Positions 32,885-42,761 of a DNA stretch of 64,000 nucleotides are shown here, piece by piece (the stretch's first letter is position 1; each line of letters starts with the position of its first letter). Under the pieces are notes generated by a model, which saw only the letters and a list, made by a program, of their open reading frames with translations, did not search any database and had not been told where the DNA came from. The stretch spans positions 36,147-100,146 of IMG/VR virus record IMGVR_UViG_3300042870_001427. One strand, given 5' to 3'. The position numbers and the translations under genes were made by a program. The DNA comes from a virus (taxonomy: Duplodnaviria > Heunggongvirae > Uroviricota > Caudoviricetes).

Positions 32885-34134
32885 AAAATAAGGTTTACGA
32901 TCCTGGTGATATAAAAATAATTGGTATGAAGATGACCAATTATAATAAATCAGCAACCAGGGATATTCGAGGTCAAGTAATTTCTTTATCTATATTTGAA
33001 GATATAGAACAGCCCTCGGTGTACGCCGAAATACTATTAAAGGATGGGGTCAACTTAGTTAAAGACTTTCCTATCTTAGGTGAAGAGTTTTTAGAAATAT
33101 CATACATAACACCTGGGCGTGATAGTATGACTATTTACAAACTTAAAACCTTCTCCGTATCTAGTACAGGGGTTGATCCTAGCAACAAGGCATCAACTTA
33201 TATCTTAAAGGCGGTATCGCCTGAGCACTTTACCAGTAGTATTAATTTAACTGAGAGAAGCTATAAGGAAACTGTTGATAAGATAGTCAACAATATTCTA
33301 GATCAAGATGTTGAGACGGGTAAGGGCAGGGTAATTGAGGAAACCAGAGGTATAGTTCCAATTACTATTCCTAGAATGTCCCCCTTTCAGGCCATCGATT
33401 TCTTAAGACAAAAAGCTATTGCCAAGAGACCTTCAGGTGGTGTATTTGTATTTTATGAGAATCAATACGGGTATAACTTTACCTCTATCGAAAAACTTAT
33501 AGAAGATGGCAAGGAGAGTATTGGTAGTAAGATATTTACCCATGCACCAGAAGCCGGTACAGATAGTATTAGACAGACGTATGTTTTTAGAAATATTATT
33601 CAGCTGGAACAATTAAGTAAGTTCGATACCATTGATAAACTAACTTCTGGGTACTTTAAAAATAACGTAAAGTCATTTGACCTATTAACTAAGTCATTTG
33701 ATGAAACTAAATTTGATATAACCGAACAAGCCAGTAAATTTATCTATAGCGATAGAAATTCATCTATTCCTAATTCTACTACCTTGGTGGATCAGGCACT
33801 CTCTGGTGCCCCAACCTACATGTTTGCACCTAAAGATAGTAGCAGGGGTGAGGACTTTGTAGCCGACCTTCTTGGCTATAGACGAGCATTTGTAAAATTA
33901 TTTAATCAAGCCGTAACCAGATGTATGGTACATGGTGATAATTATCTATCGGTGGGTGATATGGTTGAGTTAAAATTACCAGATACCTCAGGTACAACAG
34001 GTAAGAAGAATAATGACAATAGATATTCAGGTAATTACTTAATTACTAAACTAAGACATATTATTGTTTATGAAGAAAATAAGTTCAAGCACCGAGTTGT
34101 GTTTGACTGCAATAGAGTTGGAGTAGGTGTATGA
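32881..34134 (+). CDS. baseplate hub (gp27-like) protein
   Basis: SIFEDI, FYENQYG.NF.SI, L.VGD.V.L...SG.YLITK.RH; position between genes 53 and 5. Confidence 0.55.
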   Translation: MKNKVYDPGDIKIIGMKMTNYNKSATRDIRGQVISLSIFEDIEQPSVYAEILLKDGVNLVKDFPILGEEFLEISYITPGRDSMTIYKLKTFSVSSTGVDPSNKASTYILKAVSPEHFTSSINLTERSYKETVDKIVNNILDQDVETGKGRVIEETRGIVPITIPRMSPFQAIDFLRQKAIAKRPSGGVFVFYENQYGYNFTSIEKLIEDGKESIGSKIFTHAPEAGTDSIRQTYVFRNIIQLEQLSKFDTIDKLTSGYFKNNVKSFDLLTKSFDETKFDITEQASKFIYSDRNSSIPNSTTLVDQALSGAPTYMFAPKDSSRGEDFVADLLGYRRAFVKLFNQAVTRCMVHGDNYLSVGDMVELKLPDTSGTTGKKNNDNRYSGNYLITKLRHIIVYEENKFKHRVVFDCNRVGVGV

Positions 34135-34964
34135 CTACGTTGAGCTTGGGTGAAGAGGGGTTCAGATGGTTTGTTGGTAAGGTTGAAGATAGAGATGATC
34201 CCCTGTTGCTGGGCCGTTTAAAGGTAAGGGTTTACAACTTACATTCAGAAAGTCAAAGCAGAACCAGCACCGATGAGTTGCCTTGGGCTATGGTAATGAA
34301 TACCGTAAACAATTCTAACTTAGATAAGGTAGGAGTATCTCCTACTGGTATTAGGGTGGGTACAACTGTTGTTGGCTTCTTTATGGATGGTAATGATGGT
34401 AATATGCCAGTCATCATGGGGTCTCTTGCCGGTATTCCTGGCAACCAGGTAAACAATCATGATGTGCCATTTGAAGCCAGAGAATTAAACAAAGTAGAAA
34501 AGACTACTATAGGGCCCGAGCCCGATACCTCTTATGCCGCTAAATATCCTTTTAACAAGGTTATGAGAACCGAAGGTGGTCATGTCATAGAGGTAGATGA
34601 TACTAACGGACACGAACGACTGCATATCTTTCATAAGAGCGGTACTTATGTAGAAATCAATCAAGACGGTAGAATGATTACCAAAGTAAACGATGATGAT
34701 TTCCAAATTGTAGCCAACAACAGAGAAGTCTACATTAAAGGTAATGTTAACATTCAGGTAGACGGCAATTATACGATGAATGTAACCGGTGATATTGTTA
34801 TGAATGGTAGAACTATCAACATGAACTACGGTACAATGGGTGCAGCAAGAATTGGTGATACAGCCGATACCGGGGATGATGGTACTGGTAGCCATTTTGA
34901 CACCAACGCCCCAGGTACCAATATCATTGAGACCGGTTCAGGCACAGTATTCATCGGGGATTAA
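34131..34964 (+). CDS. 5: short gp5 baseplate spike (OB fold + beta-helix, no lysozyme) with PAAR-like C-terminus
   Basis: WF.G.VEDR.DP...GR.KVR, GFF.DG.....PVI.G, YP.N.V..T..GH..E.DDT. Confidence 0.88.
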   Translation: MTTLSLGEEGFRWFVGKVEDRDDPLLLGRLKVRVYNLHSESQSRTSTDELPWAMVMNTVNNSNLDKVGVSPTGIRVGTTVVGFFMDGNDGNMPVIMGSLAGIPGNQVNNHDVPFEARELNKVEKTTIGPEPDTSYAAKYPFNKVMRTEGGHVIEVDDTNGHERLHIFHKSGTYVEINQDGRMITKVNDDDFQIVANNREVYIKGNVNIQVDGNYTMNVTGDIVMNGRTINMNYGTMGAARIGDTADTGDDGTGSHFDTNAPGTNIIETGSGTVFIGD

Positions 34965-34967
34965 CAT

Positions 34968-35399
34968 ATGGCAGTTATAAGACAAACAGGCAATTTAGGA
35001 GTTAGAACTACAGGGGTCAGAGAAACGTATGCTGACCTCTATACTAACTTTGATAAGCATCCTGATAAATTAGATCTCCTTAGTTACATTAACGAAGAGT
35101 CGGTTAAGAGATCTATTAAGAATATCTTACAAACCAATAGAGGTGAGAGATTTTTTAACCCTACCTTTGGCAGTAACATAAGGGCGTTACTATTTGAAAA
35201 TGTATCGTCAGTGACAGAATCTCTATTACGTGAGTACATTGAAACCTCTATTAGTAACTTTGAACCACGCGCAAAACTTATAGAGGTGATAGTATCAGGA
35301 ATGCCGGACGAAAATGCATATGATGTATCTGTTATTTTCTCCACAATAAATACTACAGAGCCTATCACACTCAATTTAATTCTTAACAGGGTAAGGTAA
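34968..35399 (+). CDS. 25: baseplate wedge gp25
   Basis: SVKRSIKNIL.TN.GERFF.P.FGS, I.NFEPR. Confidence 0.9.
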   Translation: MAVIRQTGNLGVRTTGVRETYADLYTNFDKHPDKLDLLSYINEESVKRSIKNILQTNRGERFFNPTFGSNIRALLFENVSSVTESLLREYIETSISNFEPRAKLIEVIVSGMPDENAYDVSVIFSTINTTEPITLNLILNRVR

Positions 35400-37207
35400 T
35401 GTCAAATACTAGTATAAGTCTAGTAGATGTCGATTTCGACACTATAAAACAAAATTTAAGAAGCTACCTACAGAGATCAGATTCTCCGTTTAAGGATTAC
35501 GACTTTGATGGCTCAAACATAAGCCAGATGTTAGACGTCTTGTCTTATAACACCTATCTCAATTCATACTATTTAAATATGGTTGCAAGTGAGATGTTCC
35601 TTGATTCGGCTATTATTAGAGACAGTGTTGTCTCACATGCTAAGGAATTGAACTATGTGCCTAGAAGCTATAGATCAGCCCAGGCCCAGATCTCCTTTAA
35701 CCTTACCCCCTCATCACCTAGCATTTCAGTTATAGTAGTTCCAAAAGGTACTACATTTACAGCCAAAGTTGGAAGTAATAACTACTCATTTGCAACAGTA
35801 GAGAATAAGACTTTTATTGCCAATAGCAGTAACATCATTCCTATTACCCTGGATGTATATGAAGGAAACTTCCTAACAGACTCATATGTTTATGATGCTG
35901 CAAATACCTCCCAGCGCTTTGTTCTATCTAACTATACAGTTGATACTAGATTTCTAACTATTAACTCCATTGAAAATAATGGTGCTAATGTTATTAGCTA
36001 TTCTAAGTATACCTCGTTTTTAGGGGTAGATGCTACCACCCCAGCGTTCTTTGTACAGGGTGCAGAGAACAATCAATACGAAATTATATTCGGTGACGAT
36101 GTTAAAGGTAGAACACCGAAGAGTGGATCTACTATTGTTGTTAACTACTTGGCAGGTAATGGCGAGTTACCAAATGGTGCACGTACATTCAGTATTGATG
36201 GTTCAATACAAGGTCAATCAAACGTATCTACTATTACAACAGTTGCATCAGCAGTCGGAGGTGCAGTAAATGAGTCAATTGAGAGCATTAAATTAAATGC
36301 ACCCCGCTATTATCAGAATCAAGAGCGTGCAGTCACAGCCTCTGATTATGAAACATTACTAACAACTAATTTTCCCGAGATTGCAGGTGCTGCAGCTTAC
36401 GGAGGAGAAGATAAAGATCCCCCAGTATATGGTAAAGTATACGTGGCTGTTGATCTTATTGGTGCTGATGGTGTGTCTGATTTAGATAAAAATAGATACT
36501 ACAAATTCTTAAAACAAAGATCACCAGTCTCAATTGATCCTGTTATTGAAGACCCAGATTTCTTATACGTGGAAGTTGACACCACTGTCCGCTATAATGT
36601 CAATGTGACTAATCAAAGTATATCAGATATTAAGACATTAGTAGAAACAACTATCAGTAACTACAATGCAACGTACCTAGATGGGTTCAAGAAGACTTTA
36701 CGTAGTAGTAAGTTGGTAGAGAGTATCAATAACTGCCATCCAAGTATTCTGGGTGTAGACTTAGAGGTCAAGCCCTTCAAAAAGTTTATTCCGACTCCAG
36801 GTCAGGATTACAGTGCTGCCATTGAGTTTGGTTTTGAACTTACCTCAGAGCTAGTCATCTCATTAGAAGAATCATTAAGAGCAACTATCCCTGCCATTCG
36901 AAGCACGCCAATGGTTAAAGATGGCAAATTAGTTTTTATTATGGATGACGGGGAAGGTATTATTAATCTTTACACTTCTTCATCTACCGGGGTTCAGTCT
37001 ATTATATCTGAAGTAGGGACGGTAGATTATATTTTAGGTAAAGTTATTTTATCAAGATTAAACGTTGATAGCTATACCCCGGCCTCTGGGGCCCATGTTC
37101 ATCTCTTTGCCACACCTAAAATTAAAGATATTAGTTCTACTAAGAACCAGCTCATCATAATCGAAGATGCCGACATTGTTGCAAGCGTTGAAGCGATTAA
37201 AGAATGA
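35399..37207 (+). CDS. 6: baseplate wedge gp6
   Basis: DFD.IK, DYDF.GS, E.FLDSA..R.SVVS.AK.L.Y.P.S, Q.RAVT..DY. Confidence 0.92.
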   Translation: MSNTSISLVDVDFDTIKQNLRSYLQRSDSPFKDYDFDGSNISQMLDVLSYNTYLNSYYLNMVASEMFLDSAIIRDSVVSHAKELNYVPRSYRSAQAQISFNLTPSSPSISVIVVPKGTTFTAKVGSNNYSFATVENKTFIANSSNIIPITLDVYEGNFLTDSYVYDAANTSQRFVLSNYTVDTRFLTINSIENNGANVISYSKYTSFLGVDATTPAFFVQGAENNQYEIIFGDDVKGRTPKSGSTIVVNYLAGNGELPNGARTFSIDGSIQGQSNVSTITTVASAVGGAVNESIESIKLNAPRYYQNQERAVTASDYETLLTTNFPEIAGAAAYGGEDKDPPVYGKVYVAVDLIGADGVSDLDKNRYYKFLKQRSPVSIDPVIEDPDFLYVEVDTTVRYNVNVTNQSISDIKTLVETTISNYNATYLDGFKKTLRSSKLVESINNCHPSILGVDLEVKPFKKFIPTPGQDYSAAIEFGFELTSELVISLEESLRATIPAIRSTPMVKDGKLVFIMDDGEGIINLYTSSSTGVQSIISEVGTVDYILGKVILSRLNVDSYTPASGAHVHLFATPKIKDISSTKNQLIIIEDADIVASVEAIKE

Positions 37208-40200
37208 AAGAAGTCGAAAAGTTAATCACCCCGCTAATTGACTCCCAATTTCCTGGTTTTTATCAGGAAGAGGGGCCTCTTTTTGTTCTATTCTTAAAAG
37301 AATACTATAAATGGCTTAGTACCAAGACTTATGAAATTGACGGTATAAATGTGGCAGGGGCAACCTTATATCATTCAAGATCGCTACCTGAATACAGGGA
37401 CATAGATAGAACGGTTGAAGACTACATCGTATACTTCAAGGAGAAGTATCTTAAGGGTGTGAATTTTAATTCACTTTCTAATAGAAGAAACCTGATTAAA
37501 GCCGCCCATGATATCTTTAGCTCAAAAGGATCATCTCAATCACTAGACCTATTATTCAGTCTAGTATACGGCATTAAGATTGAAATTTATACACCTGGGG
37601 ATGACATCTTTAGATGCTCTGATGGTGAATGGACTATTCCAAAATATCTGGAAGTAACCCCTACTACGAAAACAGCTGGTATGGCTGGTAAACAAATTAC
37701 AGGATCAAGATCAAACGCCACCGCATTCGTAGAGTATGTTATAACTAGAAACATTAATGGTAAAAATATTGATTTGTTATTTCTAAGTAGCATAAGTGGG
37801 GGGTTTGAGGTCGGTGATATTATTACAACCGATGGTATTGTTGAGAACGCACCCAAGGTATTTGGTTCATTTAACTCTATTAATGTTACCGAGGCAGGCG
37901 AAGGATTTTCTAGAGGTGAAGAAGTAACTATTACCTCCTCTACCGGGGTTGAAGGTAAGGCTATTGTAAGTGCTGTTGAATCGCAGACTGGATTGGTTCG
38001 ATTTACATTAGTCGATGGTGGGTGGGGGTATTCTATTACTGCTAACTCAACAGTATCAGAAAAGGTACTTACCTATACCAGTCTTACTAACTCAAATAGT
38101 GAAATAACAACATTTGAAAAATTCGAAACAATCGAGCAGAATAATTATAGCCTTGCAATTAACAATGTAATAGGTAACTTTAGCCCTGGCGATACACTTA
38201 CCAATCATAGTGGGGCGGTCTCCATTATTGCAAGCCGCACCCAGAATACAGATTCAAATACTGCTACATTAATTATTAACCCTATCTCTGGTAGCACATT
38301 TGCTAACACTATAGTGTATAATACTAATAGTGCTTTTATTGCAACTAATACTGCAGTTGCCTTTACGGTTAGTACCCAGTTACGTCAGCGTACCGGTAGC
38401 ACCAATACCTCTTTTGGCATCGTTACAAGCACATCTAACGTAGTTCTTCTAACAGTAAATACATCAACTATTGCATCAAATGGTCTGCATGTAGGAACAT
38501 ATCTCTTACAAACCTCATCACTAGCAAGTGGTAGGGTGTTGGCAATTCCAAGAGAGTCCAATCACAACTACGCCAATGTCAATGTTATTGTGGTTGGTAA
38601 TACTGCAGGCAATTTTACTAATACCGGTGTATTTAATACATACTCCGACTCTGACTACACCACCTATATTGCAAACGGTACCCCTACAGCTGCTACCAAT
38701 GGGTATTTTTATTCTCTTGAATCTGTAAGCGGTAGTGCTCGTTGGTCTTCTAGTAACACTGTTTTAAGTTCTGACGTTCCTACAGTTAACACAACCATAT
38801 TCTTAGCTGCAGATCTTGGCGGTAAATACTCATCAAATACTAATTATAAATCCCTTGGACTTTTAATTGGATCTAACTCTACTGCAGTTGGTATAACTAA
38901 TACTACTAATACCTTTTACGCAACCACCTCCTCTAAGACACTCATAACCGGACTCACCTCTAATTCAGTAGCCAATTTAGTGTTGGTATCATCAGGCACT
39001 GGTGCTGACTTCTCCATTGGTAGTATCTCTGATTCAGAGGTAGTATTATTATCTCCTGACCTACTCAGCTCCAACAATGATGGACCTGGTAGCAATAGTG
39101 TTCCTTTTAGCACCATGCTCATATCTGGTGCTAACTCCGGTTATGGTAACCTCACCTCTGTTGGTATTATATCAGGCGGCTCTGGTTACAGTAATACCGA
39201 CAAAATAGTATTCAGTGGAGGTAATACAGGTGCTGGATCATTCACTGCTGGTAATGCATCTTTAATTACAGATGCTTCTGGGGCTATTGTAATAGTTAAT
39301 CTGTCTGCCAACGTAGGTAATCTTATTGTATCCACCCCATCAGCATCTATTTTAGATTCCGGGGGTGGTACAAGTGCGGGTTCAGGTGCCGATATATTAC
39401 CTGCATCACCTTATGGATTTATTAAAGCACCTCTAGGTGATGCTGATACACCTATTTTAGATTTGCTTAGATTTGAATCTAAGACCATTGGTACTATATC
39501 CAGCTTAACTGGTATTAACCCTGGTGAAAACTATAACATTGCACCGTTTGTATTCTTAGAAGAGGCAGGAGTTGCTGCTTACGGTAAGAGAGATATTATC
39601 TTAGAAATTAATACTCTATCTAAGAACATAGGATTTACCACAGGTGAGACTATTGAACAAACTATCAATTCACCTTCTATTTCAATTACCTCTAATACCT
39701 ATTCTGGTAATACATCTAACACCTACGATGTGGGTGAATATATAACTACCAATAACGGCATAACGGTTACAGGTACTGGGTTTGTTTACTCAACTACAAA
39801 AGACGCCTTAACCAATACCTACACAACCGTTCTTACCAGTAACACAGGTGTCTTTACAAATACCATAACCACATCTAAGTTAACAGTATCTACTAATACA
39901 GGATTTACTGTAGGTGCAACTGCAACCCAAGGTGTAGTAAATGGTGAGATACTTGCGTCTAATTCAACTACATTAATCATTAAGAGCGTTAGTGGGTCGT
40001 TTGTTGTTAGTGGCGCAAAAGTAACATCTACTGGTACTGCCAATGCAACCGTTACCGCAGTAGACAATGCATATAAAGTATTTCAACTAAACGGTGCAAC
40101 TACAAGAAGCGTTACTAACATCTTGAGCACGGCGGCAGATACCTCGGCTGCAGTTGCAAAAGGAAAGATTAAATCTGGCTCCAATACCTCTGTACTCAAG

Positions 40201-40728
40201 GTAAAGCGTACAAGTTTATTTACTGATTTTACTCCTGGAGGAACTATAGTAGGTAAGACATCAGGTGAGACTGCCTTGGTTACTGTCGATTTAATAGATT
40301 CAAGTACTGCTGTAGTAGGCAGAAATGCTAACGTCACCGCAAACGTTGTAGCATCTTCAGGATCAGTTTCCACGTTATCAATTACAGATTCTGGGGTTTA
40401 TTATCTCCAAGATCAAACAGCTATATTCTCATCTTTTGATGGTGAGAGAATTGGTAGAGGTAAAATTAATATTGGGGGTACTGGTACAGGTTCGGGTTAT
40501 TACAGTGCTGCAAGAGGTCTACTAGACGACGCTGACTATATACATGACGGTGAGTATTATCAAGAATTCTCATATGAAGTTCAAAGTTCTAAACCTTTAA
40601 GTGTATATTCAGACCTCTTAAAGCAAGTTCTACACGTTGCCGGGACCAAACTATTTGGTAAAGTAGTCACCTCATCTACTGCTAATGTTGAACTTAATGT
40701 AGCCCAAAGTACAGTCACAATTACATAA
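37204..40728 (+). CDS. 7: baseplate wedge initiator gp7-like
   Basis: FV.FL.EYY, SKGS..S..LLF, SDG.W, YYQEFSY..S, HVAG.K.FG. Confidence 0.75.
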   Translation: MKEVEKLITPLIDSQFPGFYQEEGPLFVLFLKEYYKWLSTKTYEIDGINVAGATLYHSRSLPEYRDIDRTVEDYIVYFKEKYLKGVNFNSLSNRRNLIKAAHDIFSSKGSSQSLDLLFSLVYGIKIEIYTPGDDIFRCSDGEWTIPKYLEVTPTTKTAGMAGKQITGSRSNATAFVEYVITRNINGKNIDLLFLSSISGGFEVGDIITTDGIVENAPKVFGSFNSINVTEAGEGFSRGEEVTITSSTGVEGKAIVSAVESQTGLVRFTLVDGGWGYSITANSTVSEKVLTYTSLTNSNSEITTFEKFETIEQNNYSLAINNVIGNFSPGDTLTNHSGAVSIIASRTQNTDSNTATLIINPISGSTFANTIVYNTNSAFIATNTAVAFTVSTQLRQRTGSTNTSFGIVTSTSNVVLLTVNTSTIASNGLHVGTYLLQTSSLASGRVLAIPRESNHNYANVNVIVVGNTAGNFTNTGVFNTYSDSDYTTYIANGTPTAATNGYFYSLESVSGSARWSSSNTVLSSDVPTVNTTIFLAADLGGKYSSNTNYKSLGLLIGSNSTAVGITNTTNTFYATTSSKTLITGLTSNSVANLVLVSSGTGADFSIGSISDSEVVLLSPDLLSSNNDGPGSNSVPFSTMLISGANSGYGNLTSVGIISGGSGYSNTDKIVFSGGNTGAGSFTAGNASLITDASGAIVIVNLSANVGNLIVSTPSASILDSGGGTSAGSGADILPASPYGFIKAPLGDADTPILDLLRFESKTIGTISSLTGINPGENYNIAPFVFLEEAGVAAYGKRDIILEINTLSKNIGFTTGETIEQTINSPSISITSNTYSGNTSNTYDVGEYITTNNGITVTGTGFVYSTTKDALTNTYTTVLTSNTGVFTNTITTSKLTVSTNTGFTVGATATQGVVNGEILASNSTTLIIKSVSGSFVVSGAKVTSTGTANATVTAVDNAYKVFQLNGATTRSVTNILSTAADTSAAVAKGKIKSGSNTSVLKVKRTSLFTDFTPGGTIVGKTSGETALVTVDLIDSSTAVVGRNANVTANVVASSGSVSTLSITDSGVYYLQDQTAIFSSFDGERIGRGKINIGGTGTGSGYYSAARGLLDDADYIHDGEYYQEFSYEVQSSKPLSVYSDLLKQVLHVAGTKLFGKVVTSSTANVELNVAQSTVTIT

Positions 40729-40739
40729 TAAATAAAGAC

Positions 40740-42752
40740 ATGTCAAAAATAGTTTCCAAATCATTCAGCAAGCATGTAGCCGAGCAGGTTATTGAGTCTT
40801 TAAACGAGCCTGCAAATAACATCTATTATGTTGCTGTTAGTAAGCACACCCCTTATGCAGGCGGTGACGATAACGTGCCTGATCCTAATGAGACGAATCA
40901 AGAGCTACAAGTAAGACCGTATCAAGAGATTATATTTGGTAAGAAAATATTACCAACAGACGTTAATTTGGTAGTTCCAAGACATAACTGGACCACCAAT
41001 ACTGCATATGCAATGTATGATAATAATGATCCAGATCTTTACAGTAAGGCGTTTTATGCCGCTGTAGATGCTGGGTCTTTTTACTATGTTTATAAAGTAT
41101 TAGACAATAATGGAGGGGCAGTATCTACTGTTCAACCTAGCAGCACAGTTGAATCTGCATGTAACTTTATTACAACCGGTGACGGATATAAATGGAAACT
41201 CATTTATAAAATGCCTGAGGCAACGTTTGAAAAGTTTGCAACCAGCGACTACATGCCTGTTATTACAAGCGCTAACGTTGCAGGGAATTCAGTATCAGGA
41301 GCCATTGACGTTGTAAAGGTCTCTAATGCAGGAGCAGGGTACGTGTCCGTCCTGACTGGTAGCTTTACGGTGGATGATTTAAGAGATGCTATTCCTACCG
41401 GAGGTAATGAATTTAGTTATAGACTTAATTCTAATGCAGCATCTAACTCTGATTTCTATACAGGTAGTTCAATTTACATCTCTGCTGGTACCGGTAGTGG
41501 ACAATTAAAGTCGATTGTTTCATACGAAGCCGCAACCAGGGTAGTTACAGTTAATAACGCATTCTCTACCCCACCTAGTACAGATTCACAATATCTAGTA
41601 ACTCCTAATATTGTGTTTGTAGGTGATGGACAAGCCGCCGCCGGCTATGCAGTTATTGCATCAAACAGTACTGTTAATAATTTTGTATCAAAAGTTGTTA
41701 TGGTTAACAGAGGCTCTAACTACACCTATGCAGAGGCAACGGTTAGAGGTAATACCGGTGGGGTGGCAGTAGGTACTTCTGTATCACCTGTTATACCTCC
41801 TGTTGGCGGACATGGTAAGAATGCACCTCAAGAGCTAGGATCAGATGCACTAACTATAAGCGTTCAATTGTCTAATAATGAGGGGGGATATATTTCGACC
41901 TCTAATGATTACAGACAGATTATGATCCTCAAGGATCCGTATTTTGATAATGTAACACTAACACTGGGTAGTGAGGTTGGTACCTTTAGTGCTGGTGAAA
42001 CTATCAGTCAAGTCAGTTTTGCAAAACTTATAGGTACAGTAACTACTAATACCAGTACCGGTACGTTGGTAGGCCTGGGTACAGATTTTAACAATGCATT
42101 ACTAGCTGGTGATACTGTTTTAGTTTTTGATACTGCCGCCCAGCTTCAATCCATTAGAACTGTAGATACAGTCACTAACAGCACCTACTTACAACTTACA
42201 TCTAACAATTCATTTAACGCATCCTATGCTACGCTTGCCAAAGCATCTGTTATTGCTACGGGTATTAAAGAAGGTAATGTTTCACCGTATGCTACATTAA
42301 CTAATGCAACGCCGAAGTTCGTAGTTGGTAGACCGGTCATCGGTAGTACTTCTGGAGCATTTGCAAACATTACCGCTATTAACGTTAATGAGAAGAATTA
42401 CAATAGCTGGAACACGTTTGACAATAGAACCAGAATTTCTTATACTGCTAATACCCTTGCGTTCGCAAATGACTCAGTAGTTTATCAAACTGAAGTTTCT
42501 TTATCTAATGCATACTTCCATTCAGCTAACTCAACCTACTTATTTTTAACTTCAGAAAAAGGACCCATTAATGCCGATCCTAATGAAGAACTTTTACAAA
42601 TTAGTGGCAGCGCAACATATACTTTAGGTTCAGTTAAATATACACCAGACATAGTAAAGAACTCTGGCGACGTGATATACATAGAAAACAGTGAACCAAT
42701 TTCAAGATCAAACTCACAATCTGAAGCATTCAGAATAGTGCTCCAATTCTAA
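40740..42752 (+). CDS. 8: baseplate wedge gp8-like
   Basis: R.NW.....Y.MYD, DGYKWK..Y, GGHG.NA..ELG, SG..IYI.N..P..R...Q.E...I.L.F. Confidence 0.8.
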   Translation: MSKIVSKSFSKHVAEQVIESLNEPANNIYYVAVSKHTPYAGGDDNVPDPNETNQELQVRPYQEIIFGKKILPTDVNLVVPRHNWTTNTAYAMYDNNDPDLYSKAFYAAVDAGSFYYVYKVLDNNGGAVSTVQPSSTVESACNFITTGDGYKWKLIYKMPEATFEKFATSDYMPVITSANVAGNSVSGAIDVVKVSNAGAGYVSVLTGSFTVDDLRDAIPTGGNEFSYRLNSNAASNSDFYTGSSIYISAGTGSGQLKSIVSYEAATRVVTVNNAFSTPPSTDSQYLVTPNIVFVGDGQAAAGYAVIASNSTVNNFVSKVVMVNRGSNYTYAEATVRGNTGGVAVGTSVSPVIPPVGGHGKNAPQELGSDALTISVQLSNNEGGYISTSNDYRQIMILKDPYFDNVTLTLGSEVGTFSAGETISQVSFAKLIGTVTTNTSTGTLVGLGTDFNNALLAGDTVLVFDTAAQLQSIRTVDTVTNSTYLQLTSNNSFNASYATLAKASVIATGIKEGNVSPYATLTNATPKFVVGRPVIGSTSGAFANITAINVNEKNYNSWNTFDNRTRISYTANTLAFANDSVVYQTEVSLSNAYFHSANSTYLFLTSEKGPINADPNEELLQISGSATYTLGSVKYTPDIVKNSGDVIYIENSEPISRSNSQSEAFRIVLQF

Positions 42753-42761
42753 GAGGACCAT

